Both the position numbers and the translations under genes were made by a program. DNA of 64,000 nt from Octopus vulgaris (Eukaryota): NCBI GenBank assembly GCA_951406725.2, contig OX597832.1, positions 47,492,001 through 47,556,000 on the forward strand, in the 5' to 3' direction. Of this stretch, positions 41,759-55,564 are shown piece by piece. The notes under the pieces were generated by a model. That model was given only the letters and a program-made list of their open reading frames with translations, was not told the origin of the DNA and made no database searches. Each line of letters opens with the position of its first letter. Positions within the stretch are counted from its first letter, which is position 1.

Positions 41759-41922
41759 GCGACAGGTTTCTTTCGGTTTCCATATACCAAATCCACCCAC
41801 AAGGCTTTGGTCGGCCCGAGGCTATGGCAGAAGACACTTACCCAAGGTACTACGCAGTAGGACCGAACCCGGAATCGTGTGGTTGAGAAAGAAGCTTGTT
41901 ACCACACTGCCATGCTTGCGCC
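41540..41922 (-). mobile_element. SINE family A, diverged
   Basis: Reverse-complement match. Confidence 0.8.
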
Positions 41923-42089
41923 TATTTACTTTTCTTCAATTTATAACATTTAGTCCAAGAAGGTCAACTTCCTTTTATCGGAGTGGGGGGGACCAATTTT
42001 GTAATGCCTCTCCCTTTTTTTCTACATTTACTCATTATAACATATAATATATTATACATATAAATTTTTTTTTAATTCTACATTGTTAA

Positions 42090-42392
42090 GTTTTGTTCCT
42101 TCTCGAGCCACGCCTGGCTCATAAGGCCGGTTTCCCGGTTTCCTTGGCGTTTAGATTCCCCACCTGGACAGGACGCCGGTTCGTCGCAGGTGAGCTGCAA
42201 GATGCAGGAAGAAAGAGTGAGAGAAAGTTGTAGCGAAAGAGTCAGCAGAAGTTTCGCCATTACCTTCTGCCGGAGCCGCGTGGAGCTTAAGTGTTTTGCT
42301 CATAAACACACACATCGCCCGGTGTGAGATTCGAACACGCGATCCCTCGACTGCGAGTCCGCTGCTGTAGCCACTAGGCCAGGTGCCTCCAC
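42090..42392 (-). mobile_element. SINE family C (tail type 2)
   Basis: Tail gaaaccgggaaaccggcc..atgagcc; also at 54580-54893 and 55032-55322. Confidence 0.85.
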
Positions 42393-43079
42393 ACATTGTT
42401 AAGTGAAGCTCACTTTGTTAATGCTTGGCTTTGTGTTTAGTTCCACTTGCGTAGCAAGTGTTTTCGATAGCCCCGATAGTTGTTGTTGCTGCTGCTGCTG
42501 TTGCCGTTGTTGAGCTCCAGGCCAATCCCTGATTGAGTAGACGAGCGATTAAATGTGTTATAGCTGTGGCTATCCTATTGATAGCGTGTAAAACATTCTG
42601 CATTCTGCATAAGGACCTCACAATCCGGAATGTTGCTTACAGCAATCTCACATACACTTGCGTCAGAAATTAATTAGCACTTCTCAAATTTCTACATTAA
42701 ATAGGTTAGATCAATTAACCTATGAGCTGTTCAAAACGTCTTACGCGATGAGAAAACTTAGTATGGTGTGATTTCGGTCCTTGCGAGGCGCTACCTATAT
42801 ATATTAAACAAAGGAAGATTTGTCTGCATCCGCACTCCAAGTTGTTGTTGCACTGCTATGTCAACATCATAAGGCTGTAGACTCTCAAACTGCTCTGCAA
42901 ACAAAGTTACGTCATCGTTCTGCGCAACAGTGAACTCGCAACAAAGCAATAGTTCGAGATATGGCCACTAGGTGACAGCACATACCTTGAGTGAAGAGCA
43001 AATCAAGGGTGCTAATTAATTTCTGACGGTAGTGTACATTCAAACTCATAAACGCATGCACACACACACACGCACACAA

Positions 43080-43120
<41 letters not shown>

Positions 43121-43152
43121 TATACACTGTGCCAACGAAATAGTTAATAAAT

Positions 43153-43560
43153 ATATTTCTTTACTGCCCACAAGGGGCTAAACACAGAGAGGACAAACAA
43201 GGACAGACAAAGGGATTAAGTCGATTACATCGACCCCAGTGTGAAACTGGTACTTTATTTATCGACACCGAAAGGATGAAAGGCAAAGTCGACCTCGGCG
43301 GAATTTGAACTCAGAACGTAAAGACAGACGAAATACCTATTTCTTTACTACCCACAAGGGGCTAAACACAGAAAGGACAAACAAGGACAGACAAACAAAT
43401 TAAGTCGATTATATCGACCCCAGTGCATAACTGGTACTTATTTAATCGACCCCGAAAGGATGAAAGGCAGAGTCGACCTCGGCGGAATTTGAACTCAGAA
43501 CGTAACGACAGACGAAATACGGCTAAGCATTTCGCCCGGCGCGCTAACGTTTCTGCCAGC
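43153..43560 (-). mobile_element. SINE family B dimer
   Basis: Two units with the same junction. Confidence 0.88.
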
Positions 43561-44067
43561 TATACAAACAGTTTTTTTTTTTTTTCTGCCTTGGTTATTT
43601 AGATTTTGGTCAGAAAAGCTCTTTAGATATCGTTCTTCCAATTGGCCATCGGCATTCTCTGCAATAGAATTTATGACACATGAATCTTCAGCCAAATAAC
43701 TTCCACTTTGACAACTCTGACCCCCATGCTTTGGAGTCGGCAAGAACAAAAATTTTAACATGATTTACAATAACAATGTCTGGCCACTTAATTGATTTAC
43801 GTTCTCAGTTAAACAATGAATGACATCAGCTGAAAACTGTCAGTACGTTTGAATATCACTCTTAATATTTTCTTTTAATTTAACCGAGAAGAAATGTGTG
43901 CCTTTTATTTCCTTTTAGTTTTGTAAGAACGCAAGGAGATATAGATGACTCACCCGAACATGACTGCAAGGAAAAGAATGATAGTGAACAGGAAAGCTTG
44001 TACGGAACTAAACAAGTGTGCTCAAAGCCGATAACTTTTTTTTTATTAGTCGCCTCCTCACAAGTCT

Positions 44068-44301
44068 GCCGTGGCTTTGCGGTCAAAAAGCTCGCTTGGC
44101 AACCACATAGAACCACATAGTTGCGGGTTCAATCCCACTGCGTGGTACTTTGGGCAAGTGTCTTCTTTTATAGCCTCGGACTGACCAATGCCTTGTGAGT
44201 GAAACTGGCAGACGGAAACTGTGTGAAAGTCTGTTTTGTGTGTGTGTGCGTGTCTGTCTGTCTGTCTGTCTGTCTGACTGTCTGCTGTTTGTATGTATGT
44301 A

Positions 44302-44332
<31 letters not shown>

Positions 44333-44762
44333 GTATGCATGTATGTATGTGTGTGTATGTATGTATGTATGTATGTATGTATGTGTGTATGTATGTATGT
44401 ATGTATGTATGTGTGTGTGTATGTATGTATGTATGTATGTATGTATGTATGTATGTATGTATGTATGAATGTATGTATGTATGTATGTATGCATGCATGT
44501 ATGCGTGTGTATGTATGTATGTATGTATGTATGTAGGTATGTATGTCTAGCTTTGTAATTGTGTTGTTCCTCCACCACGTGACAACTGGAGTTGATTTGT
44601 TTACGTCCCCGTAACAAAAAAAGGACCATTACATAAGTACCAAATTTCTTTTAAAAATATAAATATTGGGGTCAAGCTGTTCGAATAAACCCTTCGAGGG
44701 GGTATTCCAGCATGGGAACAGTCCAATGACTGATATAAGTAAGCGGCAAAAAAATAAAAGAT
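44068..44762 (+). mobile_element. SINE family A, diverged, with expanded internal (TATG)n
   Basis: Head and tail match family A. Confidence 0.75.
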
Positions 44763-44821
44763 ATACAAGAAACATTGCCAAAAGACGCTGCTCAGATTAT
44801 GTTCAGTCTATAATTCCCAAA

Positions 44822-45207
44822 GGTGGGGGCGCAATGGCCCAGTGGTTAGGGCAGCGGACTCGCGGTCATAGGATCGCGGTTTCGATTCCTAGACCGGGCG
44901 TTGTGAGTGTTTATTGAGCGAATACACCTAAAGCTCCACGAGTCTCCGGCGGGGTGATGGTGGTGATCCCTGCTGTACTCTTTCACCATAACTTTCTCTC
45001 ACTCTTACTTCCTGTTTCTGTTGTACCTGTATTTCAAAGGACCGGCCTTGTCACTCTCAGTGTCACGCTGAATATCCCCGAGAACTACGTTAAGGGTGCA
45101 CGTGTCTGTGGAGTGCTCAGCCACTTACACGTTAATTCCACGAGCAAGCTGTTCCGTTGATTCGGATCAACCGGAACCCTCGTCGTCGGAACCGACGGAG
45201 TGCTTCC
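44822..45207 (+). mobile_element. SINE family C (tail type 1)
   Basis: Matches the 39251 copy. Confidence 0.88.
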
Positions 45208-45436
45208 ACTTCCAATTCCCAAAGACATTCCAACCACGACCACCGTCTACTTTCGTTTTCCATGCTGAGTCTAATCCAGTATATCCCTTTACATATTTGA
45301 AAGATAATCGGGCGTGATTTTTAGGTTAGATTTAGCTGTTGTTTATAGCAGATCGATCGATCGATCGACAGTGTAGAGGCTCTTGCACTTTGGTTCATTT
45401 TCTTCTTATTGCCATGATCATTATTTATTATTTGTA

Positions 45437-45890
45437 AGGCGGCGAGCTGGCAGAATTGTTAGCACGCCGGGTTAAATGCTTAGTGGCCTTTCATCGGTCT
45501 TTACGTTCTGAATTCAAATTCTGCCAAGGTTGACTGTGCCTTTCATCCTTTCGGGGGAGGGACGATAAAATAAGTACCGGTGAAGTACTGGGCTCGATGC
45601 GATCGACTTTCCCCACCCCACCCCCCCAAGAAATTTCAGGCCTTGTGCCTTTAGTAGAAACGATTATTATTATTGTTTGTAAGGGGGGTGGGCTGGCAGA
45701 ATCGTTAGCACGCCGGACTAAATGCTTAGCTGCATTTCGTCCGTCCTTACGTTCTGAGTTCAAATCCGCCGATGTTGACTTTGCTTTTCATCCTATCGGG
45801 ATCGATAAATTAAGTACCAGTTAGGCACTGGGGTCGATGTAAAAGACTTACTCCCTCCCCCAAAATGGCTGCCTTGTGTCAAAATTTCAA
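45437..45890 (+). mobile_element. Two adjacent SINE family B copies with an alternative tail
   Basis: Family B head and body with tail ..ggccttgtgcctttagtagaaa. Confidence 0.8.
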
Positions 45891-45970
45891 AACATTTTTT
45901 GTTTGTTTTTACATGATTTTTTCCTCTCATTTCTTTCTTGTTTATTTTCTATTCTATTCTTCTCTTGCAG

Positions 45971-46339
45971 GAACTGTCCAGCTGTTGTTATCCTTGTTTT
46001 AAGATCAAGATCAAACTACAAAACATCTCGGATTATATAACCCAGTAAAAAAAAAAAGAAGGGAATAATTTTAACACTAATAATTACAAAAATATATAAA
46101 ATATTATATATAAATATATATAATAAAGTGGAAAAATAAATTACAAAACGAAAAAAGAAAAATACAGGAGAAAAACGGATTGAATGGCAAATGGCGAGAC
46201 ATTCTCTTACGTCAGTTTTACCAAAGGATTATTCTACGATGATTACGCCATTTTGTTATTTCAACAACGCTTCAGTTATTCATCTCAGGCATGTTATGTA
46301 GTCAACCAAAGATTCTTGAATTTCAATAGAATCGGTTAG
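45971..46339 (+). other. Candidate spliced exon (5' UTR, small ORF or lncRNA)
   Basis: ~50-nt polypyrimidine tract ending in TTGCAG|G, unique sequence, and the consensus donor AG|GTAAGT. Confidence 0.55.
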
Positions 46340-46496
46340 GTAAGTAATACTGTTGTTTTATTGTTTTATTCTTTGATTTTTTACAAGATTCATTCATTGG
46401 ACTGCAGCCGTGCTGGAACATTGCCTTAAAAGAGGTTTCGATCTCTAACATCGACCACATACACACACCACCTTCACCAACACCACCACCAATACA

Positions 46497-46840
46497 TTAT
46501 CGCTCACAACATCATAAGCGGAAAGTGTAACCTCTCGAAAGAGCTGTCCTTCACTCCTCCTCCAGAGCGTCGGCTGCGGGGTCACTCCGAAAAGCTCTAT
46601 CTGCGACGATTTCATCTCAATCGAAGGAGAGGGGCTTTCTCTGTCCGGGTTGCGGATCCGTGGAATAAGCTGCCGGACGAGATAGTGAAGATGCCGACGA
46701 CCGCTCGGTTCAAAGTCTCTCTTGACCAGAAATGACCTGAACTCTTTGCATGACCACCCTCCCTGTACATAACTCCATGTCCCCCTACATGGCCTTGCTT
46801 TTTACTTTCTGAGCCAAAAAATTAACTTAACTTAACTTAA
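46497..46840 (+). mobile_element. CR1-like LINE 3' fragment with (TTAAC)n tail
   Basis: Translates to ..RLRGHSEKLYLRRFHLNRRRGAFSVRVADPWNKLPDEIV..FKVSLD, a CR1-type ORF2 C-terminus, and ends in ttaacttaacttaac. Confidence 0.85.
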
Positions 46841-47733
46841 TTATCTGACACTTATTTCATTGGTCAATGCGACTGTTTTTTTTTTCCCATGATACGTCAA
46901 TACTGGCTTCTTAAAACAGTGTTTGTAAAGATGAAATCTTTTTGTTTTATATGTAGAACAAATTTGGCATAGAATAAAGGTAAAAGATTGAAGAAGTAAA
47001 TAGAGATACAAAGGTGAAGAGACGAAAGTTTTAGTAAAAAGTAGAAGTAGCAAACAAGAAAAGGCTAGAATGAGGAGGAAAACGATTTACCAGGTTCTTC
47101 GTCAGTCTTGTAATAAACTTCCTATTGAATTCGTTAATACTATTGAACATTTACTCCAAAATGGCTAATCGCATAAGTCTTTCTTTCTTATTCTGTCGAC
47201 CTTTTTGCTTGTTGCTTTTAGCTGTAACAAATTAATACGATATATAACAAAACTTTCATCATCCCTTTAAGAAACCAGTATCTACGAAACAGCCAGGTAA
47301 ACAGTAATCTTTGGTGACCTTACATTTTGCGTTTTGCAGTAGATTTGCATCCATTATTCAGAGCATGTGACGTGTACTTTAACAAATAAACTTATAGAAC
47401 TAGCGAGTAATTACCAAATATTATGTGTGTGTTTTGTAAAGCATGAAATACCATATATGGAAGACAAACTGGCAGCAGACAGACAGATAGGTATGTATAT
47501 ACCTATCAACATCTATCTATATATACTGTGTATATATGTATATATATTACTTTTATTACTACCTCAGTGCATCTAAATGTATATATCTGCCGTTACCTTT
47601 CATATAAAGCCTTTTCTTTCTTTATTTCCAATGTGCATTTTCGTTGATTTTTCTTTCTTTACCCTTACATTTCCACGTGTAGTTTCTATTTTCTTTTTGT
47701 AACATATTTCTATTATATATACATATATATGTG

Positions 47734-47788
<55 letters not shown>

Positions 47789-47900
47789 GTATATGTATGT
47801 TTGCATATGTATGTATGTATGTATATATATATATTTATGTGTGCATATACGTATGTATACATATGTATGTACATATATACATGTATATATATATATTATA

Positions 47901-47933
<33 letters not shown>

Positions 47934-48210
47934 GTATTTATATATATGTGTGTGTGTGTAAGCGCATGTGTATGTATGTTTACATATATACAAAAACATA
48001 TACATAAACACACATGCGTGTCTGTGTGTCTGTGTATGTGTGTGTGTAAAATACAGAAAGCATGTATGGTATTTTCTGCTTTATAAACAATACGCGAGTT
48101 TGTGGGCAAATGACAACCAAGATTACACAATTGCTTGCTGAAGCATTAATTCTGTTAATTCCTGTTAAACAAATTATCAGCAACATTTATAGCATAGTAC
48201 AGTAGGAGAT

Positions 48211-48460
48211 GTGGAGGCGCGTGGCTTAGTGGTTAGGGTGTCAGCATCATGATCGTAAAATTGTGGTTTCGATTCCTGGACCGAGCGACGCTTTGTGTTC
48301 TTGAGCATAACACTTCATTTTTGACATTGCTCCAGTCCACTCAGTTGGCAAAAATGAGTAACGCTGCGATGGACTGGCGTCCCGTCCAGCTGGGGAACAC
48401 ATACGCCACTGAAACCGGGAAACCGGGCCCATGAGCCTGGCTAAGCTTTAAAAGGGCACA
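48211..48460 (+). mobile_element. SINE family C (second head type, tail type 2)
   Basis: Head as in the 2673 copy; tail as in the 42090 copy. Confidence 0.8.
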
Positions 48461-48494
48461 TTTATTACTTATAGTAGGAGATAAAGAAATTGAG

Positions 48495-48654
48495 CACAGA
48501 TGAGTGGCTGTGTGGTAAGTAGCTTGCTAACCAACCACATGGTTCTGGGTTCAGTCCCACTGCGTGGCATCTTGGGCAAATGTCTTCTGCTATAGCCTCG
48601 GGCCGACCAAAGCCTTGTGAGTGGATTGGGTAGACGGAAACTGAAAGAAGCCTG

Positions 48655-48703
<49 letters not shown>

Positions 48704-48925
48704 GTATATGTTTGTGTGTCTGTGTTTGTCCCTCTAGCATTGCTTGACAACCGATGCTGGTGTGTTTACGTCCCCGTCACTTAGCGGTTCGGCAAAAGAG
48801 ACCGATAGAATAAGCACTGGGCTTACAAAGAATAAGTCCTGGAGGTCGATTTGCTCGACTAAAGGCGGTGCTCCAGCATGGCCGCAGTCAAAATGACTGA
48901 AACAAGTAAAAAGAGTAAAAGAGTA
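48495..48925 (+). mobile_element. SINE family A
   Basis: Full-length match. Confidence 0.9.
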
Positions 48926-49571
48926 CAGTATGATGATTCGAGGCCAGAGAGACAGAACAACAAAGAGGAAAAGAGAGAGAGAGCGAGAGAGAGAGAGAGA
49001 GAGAGAGAGAGTTGTATATCTTTATCCAAGATATCAGACATATTTCTTTTATCGTCCTTACATAGTGTGGTGTCGTTATTTTTGTAAATAAAATATTGTG
49101 TTTGGGATTCGTTTATTACTGTGTGAGATTTTTTTATTGTATTCCCCTTCGAGTAAATCTTAAAGCTTATTGTCTGCTTCTATAACATTTTCCAAATATC
49201 AAACTAATACGCTGTAAGTGGAATTTAGTAGAGAGAAAGTGTGTTGCGGTCCACCATGCTTACGTGCATGTGCTCCTATTTGTGTGTGTGTTTGTACGTG
49301 AGCGGTGTATGTGTCTATGTGTGTGTGTGTGTGTGTGTTTTAGGTGGGTTTTTATTGACGTTTATACAGGTCAAAAATTTTTTTTAAGTTGGTGCTTTTT
49401 TATGTTATATGACTTAACGAGACCTATAAAATAATTTTTAAAAATTAGTCACTACACTGGACTACAAAAACCCCTAAAAACGGCACCTCAGTATGCCCGA
49501 TACGCACATACACACGCTAAATCAAATGCGCGCACGCACGCATATACACACATACACACATATACACACAC

Positions 49572-49720
49572 AGAGCGGGTGAGTTGACGAAATATGACAA
49601 GCGTTTGGAGCTACGTCGATGAGGAAGTCACGATCCAGAGAGGGATGAACGGCGTATTGTGACCAGCGGTGTCGAAACGACGCCCGACGACAATCCGGTC
49701 GGTCAAGGTGATCAAGGTGA
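49572..49720 (+). mobile_element. Possible RTE-like LINE 3' remnant
   Basis: SRSREG* resembles the terminal (D)REGW motif; short tandem tail tcaaggtga x2. Confidence 0.35.
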
Positions 49721-49875
49721 AACATATATATATATGTGTGCGTGTGTGCGTGTGTGTGTATGTAAGTATATATATATGTGTTTATGTACATATATATATA
49801 CATATATAAAAATAGTAATGCAATACGAGAGTATTGCTTTCCAGTAAAGAATAGCCCGTGAGGGAAAATTATACA

Positions 49876-50289
49876 TAGAAGTAAATATATGGCACAACGA
49901 AGTACAGATATTTACTGGAAAATAGCGAACGTAATAAATACGACGCTAATGTATAGCTTCACCGCGTATGTACTAGCAAAAATGCCTGTGTGCAACAAAT
50001 TTGAAAAAAATTGTCTTACCTCCAGGAGGACATCTGAAAGATGAAATACCTAGATAGGGATAATGTGGGACCGGTTTCAGATTTTTCAAGATATGTCTGC
50101 ACACATATACTTGATTTATCTTCATCAGCCAACATATACCCGACAACATTTCAGATGTTGCCACATCAATGCCAATACACTCGACTGAAACGCCAAAACG
50201 CTGACAGAACGAGAACATTAGCGTCGTATTTATTACGTTCGCTATTTTCCAGTAAATATCGGTACTTCGTTGTGCCATATATTTACTTC

Positions 50290-50292
<3 letters not shown>
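49876..50292. repeat. Inverted repeat pair enclosing a hammerhead
   Basis: ~76-bp near-perfect arms at about 49876-49951 and 50215-50292. Confidence 0.88.
50057..50141 (-). ncRNA. Type I hammerhead ribozyme motif with long stem II
   Basis: Minus strand: atgttgg-CTGATGA-agat aaa tcaag tatatgt gtgcag acatat cttga aaa atct-GAAA-ccgg-TC-ccacat. Confidence 0.85.
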
Positions 50293-50329
<37 letters not shown>

Positions 50330-50462
50330 TTCAGCAAAATTAGATTCAAATGAATATGGTACTTAAGTTAGATGCACCAGAATTTCGTATGGTGTTATCC
50401 ATAATATATATCCATGGGGTGATTATAATCAAAATAAGCAACAAGAATAACTTCTCGTAATT

Positions 50463-50546
50463 TGGTACGATTGTTTCGCACTGCATCATTTTATTAAATG
50501 TTGAAAGTATTACAACAGTTTTAAAATGCTGAGCACTCATCAGCCA
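50463..50546 (-). ncRNA. Type I hammerhead ribozyme motif with long stem II
   Basis: Minus strand: tgg-CTGATGA-gtgc tcagcatttta..taaaatgatgca gtgc-GAAA-caatcg-TA-cca. Confidence 0.75.
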
Positions 50547-50589
50547 TTAATAGAGGTTTTCCATTAATACATAATTTTCATATCAAGTG

Positions 50590-50675
<86 letters not shown>

Positions 50676-50712
50676 GATGCATATATACATATATGCATAT
50701 ATACATATATAT

Positions 50713-50792
<80 letters not shown>

Positions 50793-50874
50793 TTACATAT
50801 GTGGCGCTGAGTACTGAAACGTAATGATTGGAATGAAAGGGTAACAAGTTCTGCGCATGTTCTTTTCCTTTATT

Positions 50875-51258
50875 ACTCTTTTACTTGTTTCAGTCAGTTG
50901 ACTGCGGCCATGCTGGAGTACCGCCTTTAGTCGAGCAAATCGATCCCGGGACTTATTCTTTGTAAGCCCAGTACTTATTCTATCGGTCTCTTTTGCCGAA
51001 CCGCTAAGTAACGGGGACGTAAACACACCAGCATCGGTTGTCAAGCAATGCTAGGGGGACAAACACAGAAACACAAACACATATATACATATATACGACA
51101 GGCTTCTTTCAGTTTCCGTCTACCAAATCCACTCACAAGGCATTGGTCGGCCCGGGGCTATAGCAGAAGACACTTGCCCAAGATGCCACGCAGTGGGACT
51201 GAACCCGGAACCATGTGGTTGGTAAGCAAGCTACTTACCACACAGCCACTCCTGCGCC
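50875..51258 (-). mobile_element. SINE family A
   Basis: Reverse-complement full-length match. Confidence 0.9.
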
Positions 51259-52113
51259 TTATTAGTATACGTACATTTATAAAAAATTATAATTTTATTG
51301 ATATACATACATATGTATGTATGTAAGTATGCATTTTTATATATGTTTATATGTATGTATGTGCGCAGATTTGTATGCATGTATTATTTGTGTATATGTA
51401 TGTCGCAAAAATTGGTTCGTTGACCCAATTCCTGAGAAAGCAAAAAAGATTACTTCTGCTGTTTTGTAAATGAAAATGTTTCATTCGCAAATGTTTGCTT
51501 AAAATATTTCAGCTTATCTAAGGAACATAGAGAGAACTATTCACACATCAAATAACACCGACTAGACAGATAAATATATAAATAGAGCCTTAAGCACTTG
51601 TACCAACTTTGCATTCGTTTCTGCTGTTGAGCTGTCATTCACAAACACACGTCTTTGCAAAGTACGTAAGCGGCACTTTGACGGCTCTTTTGTTTAAGAC
51701 TTAAGAGATATTAGATCAATGGCTGCTGGTTGCAGAGATGGTCAGCCATTTTTTTCAACAACGCCTTGTATATATTAATGGAGCAGTCGTCCTTCAGCAT
51801 CTGAATTTTGTTTTATTTTTGTTTTCGTGATTTTCTTTTTATTTATTTCTCCTTCTAGTTCAACTTCAGCTTCGACATCAGAGCATCGTTTCTATCTTTT
51901 CCGTTCTGTTCCTCTCCATCTCCGCGTAAAGAAAGGAGGGAAAGTGAGAGACAGGAAATAAGAGACTGAGATAGAGAGAAAGAGAGAGAGAGAGAGCTGG
52001 GAGAGACAAATAGCTGCTAAGATGTATATATTTTTATCTGCACATGTGCAGTTGCATACAAGCATGATATTCTTTCTTCCGATAGTCGTAGGCATGTATG
52101 TTGATAGAGATAT

Positions 52114-52182
<69 letters not shown>

Positions 52183-52216
52183 GCGTACACTACATAAATA
52201 AACTGCATCATAAATA

Positions 52217-52257
<41 letters not shown>

Positions 52258-52290
52258 GTATATACACACATATATATAAGTATATATATA

Positions 52291-52343
<53 letters not shown>

Positions 52344-52689
52344 TACATACATACGTATATATATATTTATATATATGCGATTGTATGTGTGTATGTGTGT
52401 ATGTATCTGTATGTATGTGTGTATATAAAATATATATATACATATGTATTATATGTATATATATATATACTATATGTATATTATATGTATATATATATTA
52501 TATATATATTATATGTATATTATATGTATATATATATTATATATATATTATATGTATATATATATACACACACTCGTGTATACATGTGTATGCACATGGG
52601 TGAGCGTGTATATTTCTGAATGGAAATTTTGTTTGGGCGTAAAAAGACAAAGAACTAGTTGTGTAAATAGACAGATAGATGGATTGATG

Positions 52690-52936
<247 letters not shown>

Positions 52937-53299
52937 TACACAGTGGCCTTATTCACTCATACACGCACATCACCCACATGCACACTCATGTACACATACT
53001 TATATACTGAAACACACATGTTGGTTAGAATTACATGGAACCTTTAGTCCGTTCGAATGCGACCATTTTCAAGTTCATCATAACTGAATAAAACAGTGGA
53101 TGTTCATCTGTGTGTGTGCGTGCGCGCGTGATACGAGAGCTGATGACGTATTATAGTAGCTAACCATAATCTTTTTTACTCTAGGCACAGGGTCCGAAAT
53201 TTTTAAGAAAGAGCCAGTCGATTAAATCGACTCCAGTACTTAATTTATTGATCCCCTGATACGTATACACACATATGTGTGTGTACGTATGTGTACGTA

Positions 53300-53750
53300 C
53301 GTATGGCTGCGTAGTAAGAAGTCTGCTTCTCATCCATATATTTCTGTGATCGGTCCCACTGCGTTGCACCTTCGACAAGTGTCTTCGACTATAGCCCTGG
53401 GCCGACCAAAGCTTTGTGAGTGGCTTTGGTAGATGGAAGCTGAAAGAAGCCTGTTGTATATATACATTTATGTGTATGTGTGTGAGCGTGTGTGCGTGTG
53501 TGTATGTGCATGTGTGTGTCTTTGTGTCTGTGTTTGTCCCCCACCACCGCTTGACATCCGGTGCTAGTGTGCCCACGTCCCCGTAACTTAGCGGTTCGGC
53601 AAAAGAATCAATAGAATGAGTATCAAGGCTTATAAAAAATATATATACTAGGGTCGATTCGATTCATTCGACTAAAAGCTTTTCAAGGCGGTGCCCCAGA
53701 CTGGCCGCAGTCTGATGACTGAAACGAGTGAAAGGTAAGATAGGTAAAAG
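53300..53750 (+). mobile_element. SINE family A, diverged
   Basis: Head, body and tail recognisable. Confidence 0.8.
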
Positions 53751-53865
53751 GCTTATGTATTTCGTCCCCTTTCACTCCGGGACCCGAACAGATGAATGAT
53801 GAAATCGATGATGTACAGGAGTCAGGCGTGATTTGAACACAGGGGATCAATGACTCTGAAATACC

Positions 53866-54097
53866 TATTTCTTTACTACCCACAAGGGGCTAAATACACA
53901 GAGGACAAACAAGGACATACAAACGGATTAAGTCGATTACATCGACCCCAGTGCGCAACTGGTACTTAATTTATCGACCCCGAAACAATGAAAAGCAAAG
54001 TCGACCTCGGCGGAATTTGAACTCAGAACGTAACGGCAAACGAAATACCATTAATCATTTCGCCCGGTGTGCTAACGATTCTGCCAGCTCGCCGCCT
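53866..54097 (-). mobile_element. SINE family B monomer
   Basis: Flanked by the direct repeat ctctgaaatacc (53854-65 and 54105-16). Confidence 0.88.
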
Positions 54098-54579
54098 CTT
54101 CCAGCTCTGAAATACCGTAACACTTTACACCCATTGTTCTAAATATCTCACTTGATAACCCACAGCAATGAAGAATAGGGCCCAAACCGTTCGAATTGTC
54201 CTCTTTCCAGTAAATTAGGGTTTCTTCTCGGTTCTATGTCAGAGCATTGATATCACACCACTAAAATTTCAGCGACTTTTTCAAATTTTATCAATGTCAA
54301 ACTTCAAACACTTTTATCGTGATTTGTATATAAACTTACACCCCGCCACACACACATACATATATTTTCGAAAATATATAAAACACGTATACACACACAT
54401 ACACCAATGAAGTGTCATTATCCTGTAGACCAACGGAATGAAGTTGGCTGGAAAAAATATGCGCCCGAATTCTTTTTGAAGACGTTGTTAGATATTAAAG
54501 ATTGACAGTTCCTTCCCAGTTTCTGTTCCGTAGCCTTCGTCAGACCGTTCGATGAAAATTACATAACCGAAACTTGCTG

Positions 54580-55322
54580 TTGTTGTTCCTTTTCGAGCCA
54601 TACCTGGTTCATAAGGGCCGGTTTCCCGGTTTCTTGGCGTATAGGTTCCCCACCTGGACGGGACGCCGGTCCATCGCAGGTGAGCTGTGAGATGCAGGAG
54701 GAAAGAGTGAGAGAAAGTTGTGGCGAAAGAGTCAGCAGAAGTTTCGCCATTACCTTCTACCGGAGCCGCGTGGAGCTTAGGTGTTTCGCTCATAAACACA
54801 CGCATCACTCGGTCTGAGATTCGAACCTATGATCCCTCCCATGATCCCTCGACCGCGAGTCCGCTGCTCTAACCACTAGGCCATGTGCCTCCACAGTACG
54901 ATTTGTATACTGCTCAGTTCTTTAAACGAAACATTAACGGCGTCGAATTCAACGCTCTCGGAGATGATGGAAAAATACTTATGAAGCGCTTCTTCCACAT
55001 TCAGCAAATACAATAAGAAGTAGTACGCTTTGTTTGTTCCTTCTCGAGCCATACATGACTCATAAGGGCCAGTTTTCCCGGTTTTTTGGCGTATAGGTTC
55101 CCCACCTGGACGGTGGGGCCGGTCCATCGCAGGTGAGCTGTAAGATGCAGGAGGAAAGAGTGAGAGAAAGTTGTGGCGAAAGAGTCAGCAGAAGTTTCGC
55201 CGTTATCTTCTGCCGGAGCCGCGTGGAGCTGAGGAGTTTTGCTCATAAACACACACATCGTCCGGTCTGAGATTCGAACCCGCGATCCCTCGACTGCGAG
55301 TCCGCTGCTCTAACCATTAGGC
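54580..55322 (-). mobile_element. Two nearby SINE family C copies (tail type 2)
   Basis: 54580-54893 and 55032-55322 both match the 42090 copy. Confidence 0.85.
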
Positions 55323-55564
55323 CTCCGCCCGGCGTGCTAACGTTTCTGCCAGCTCGTCGCCTTGTATACGCCTATATAATTCAGCTTATCAGCTGTCTTA
55401 GCAAAACGAAGGGCAATCGAAACACTGAACAAGACAGGGGCGAATTTGCGGCCCTATACGATAACAAAAAAGAATATTTGGACTGTATTTTCACTCAAGA
55501 TTTCTCAATCGTCATTCTCTTTTACTCTCTTTTACTATTTTACTTGTTTCAGCACCGCCTTTAG

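Noticed and set aside
51718-51752. Small hairpin aatggctg..cagccatt as a pre-miRNA
   Set aside because: The stem is too short and there is no supporting evidence.
54510-54548. Minus-strand CTGACGA..GAAA
   Set aside because: No stem II, no UH site and no stem I pairing.
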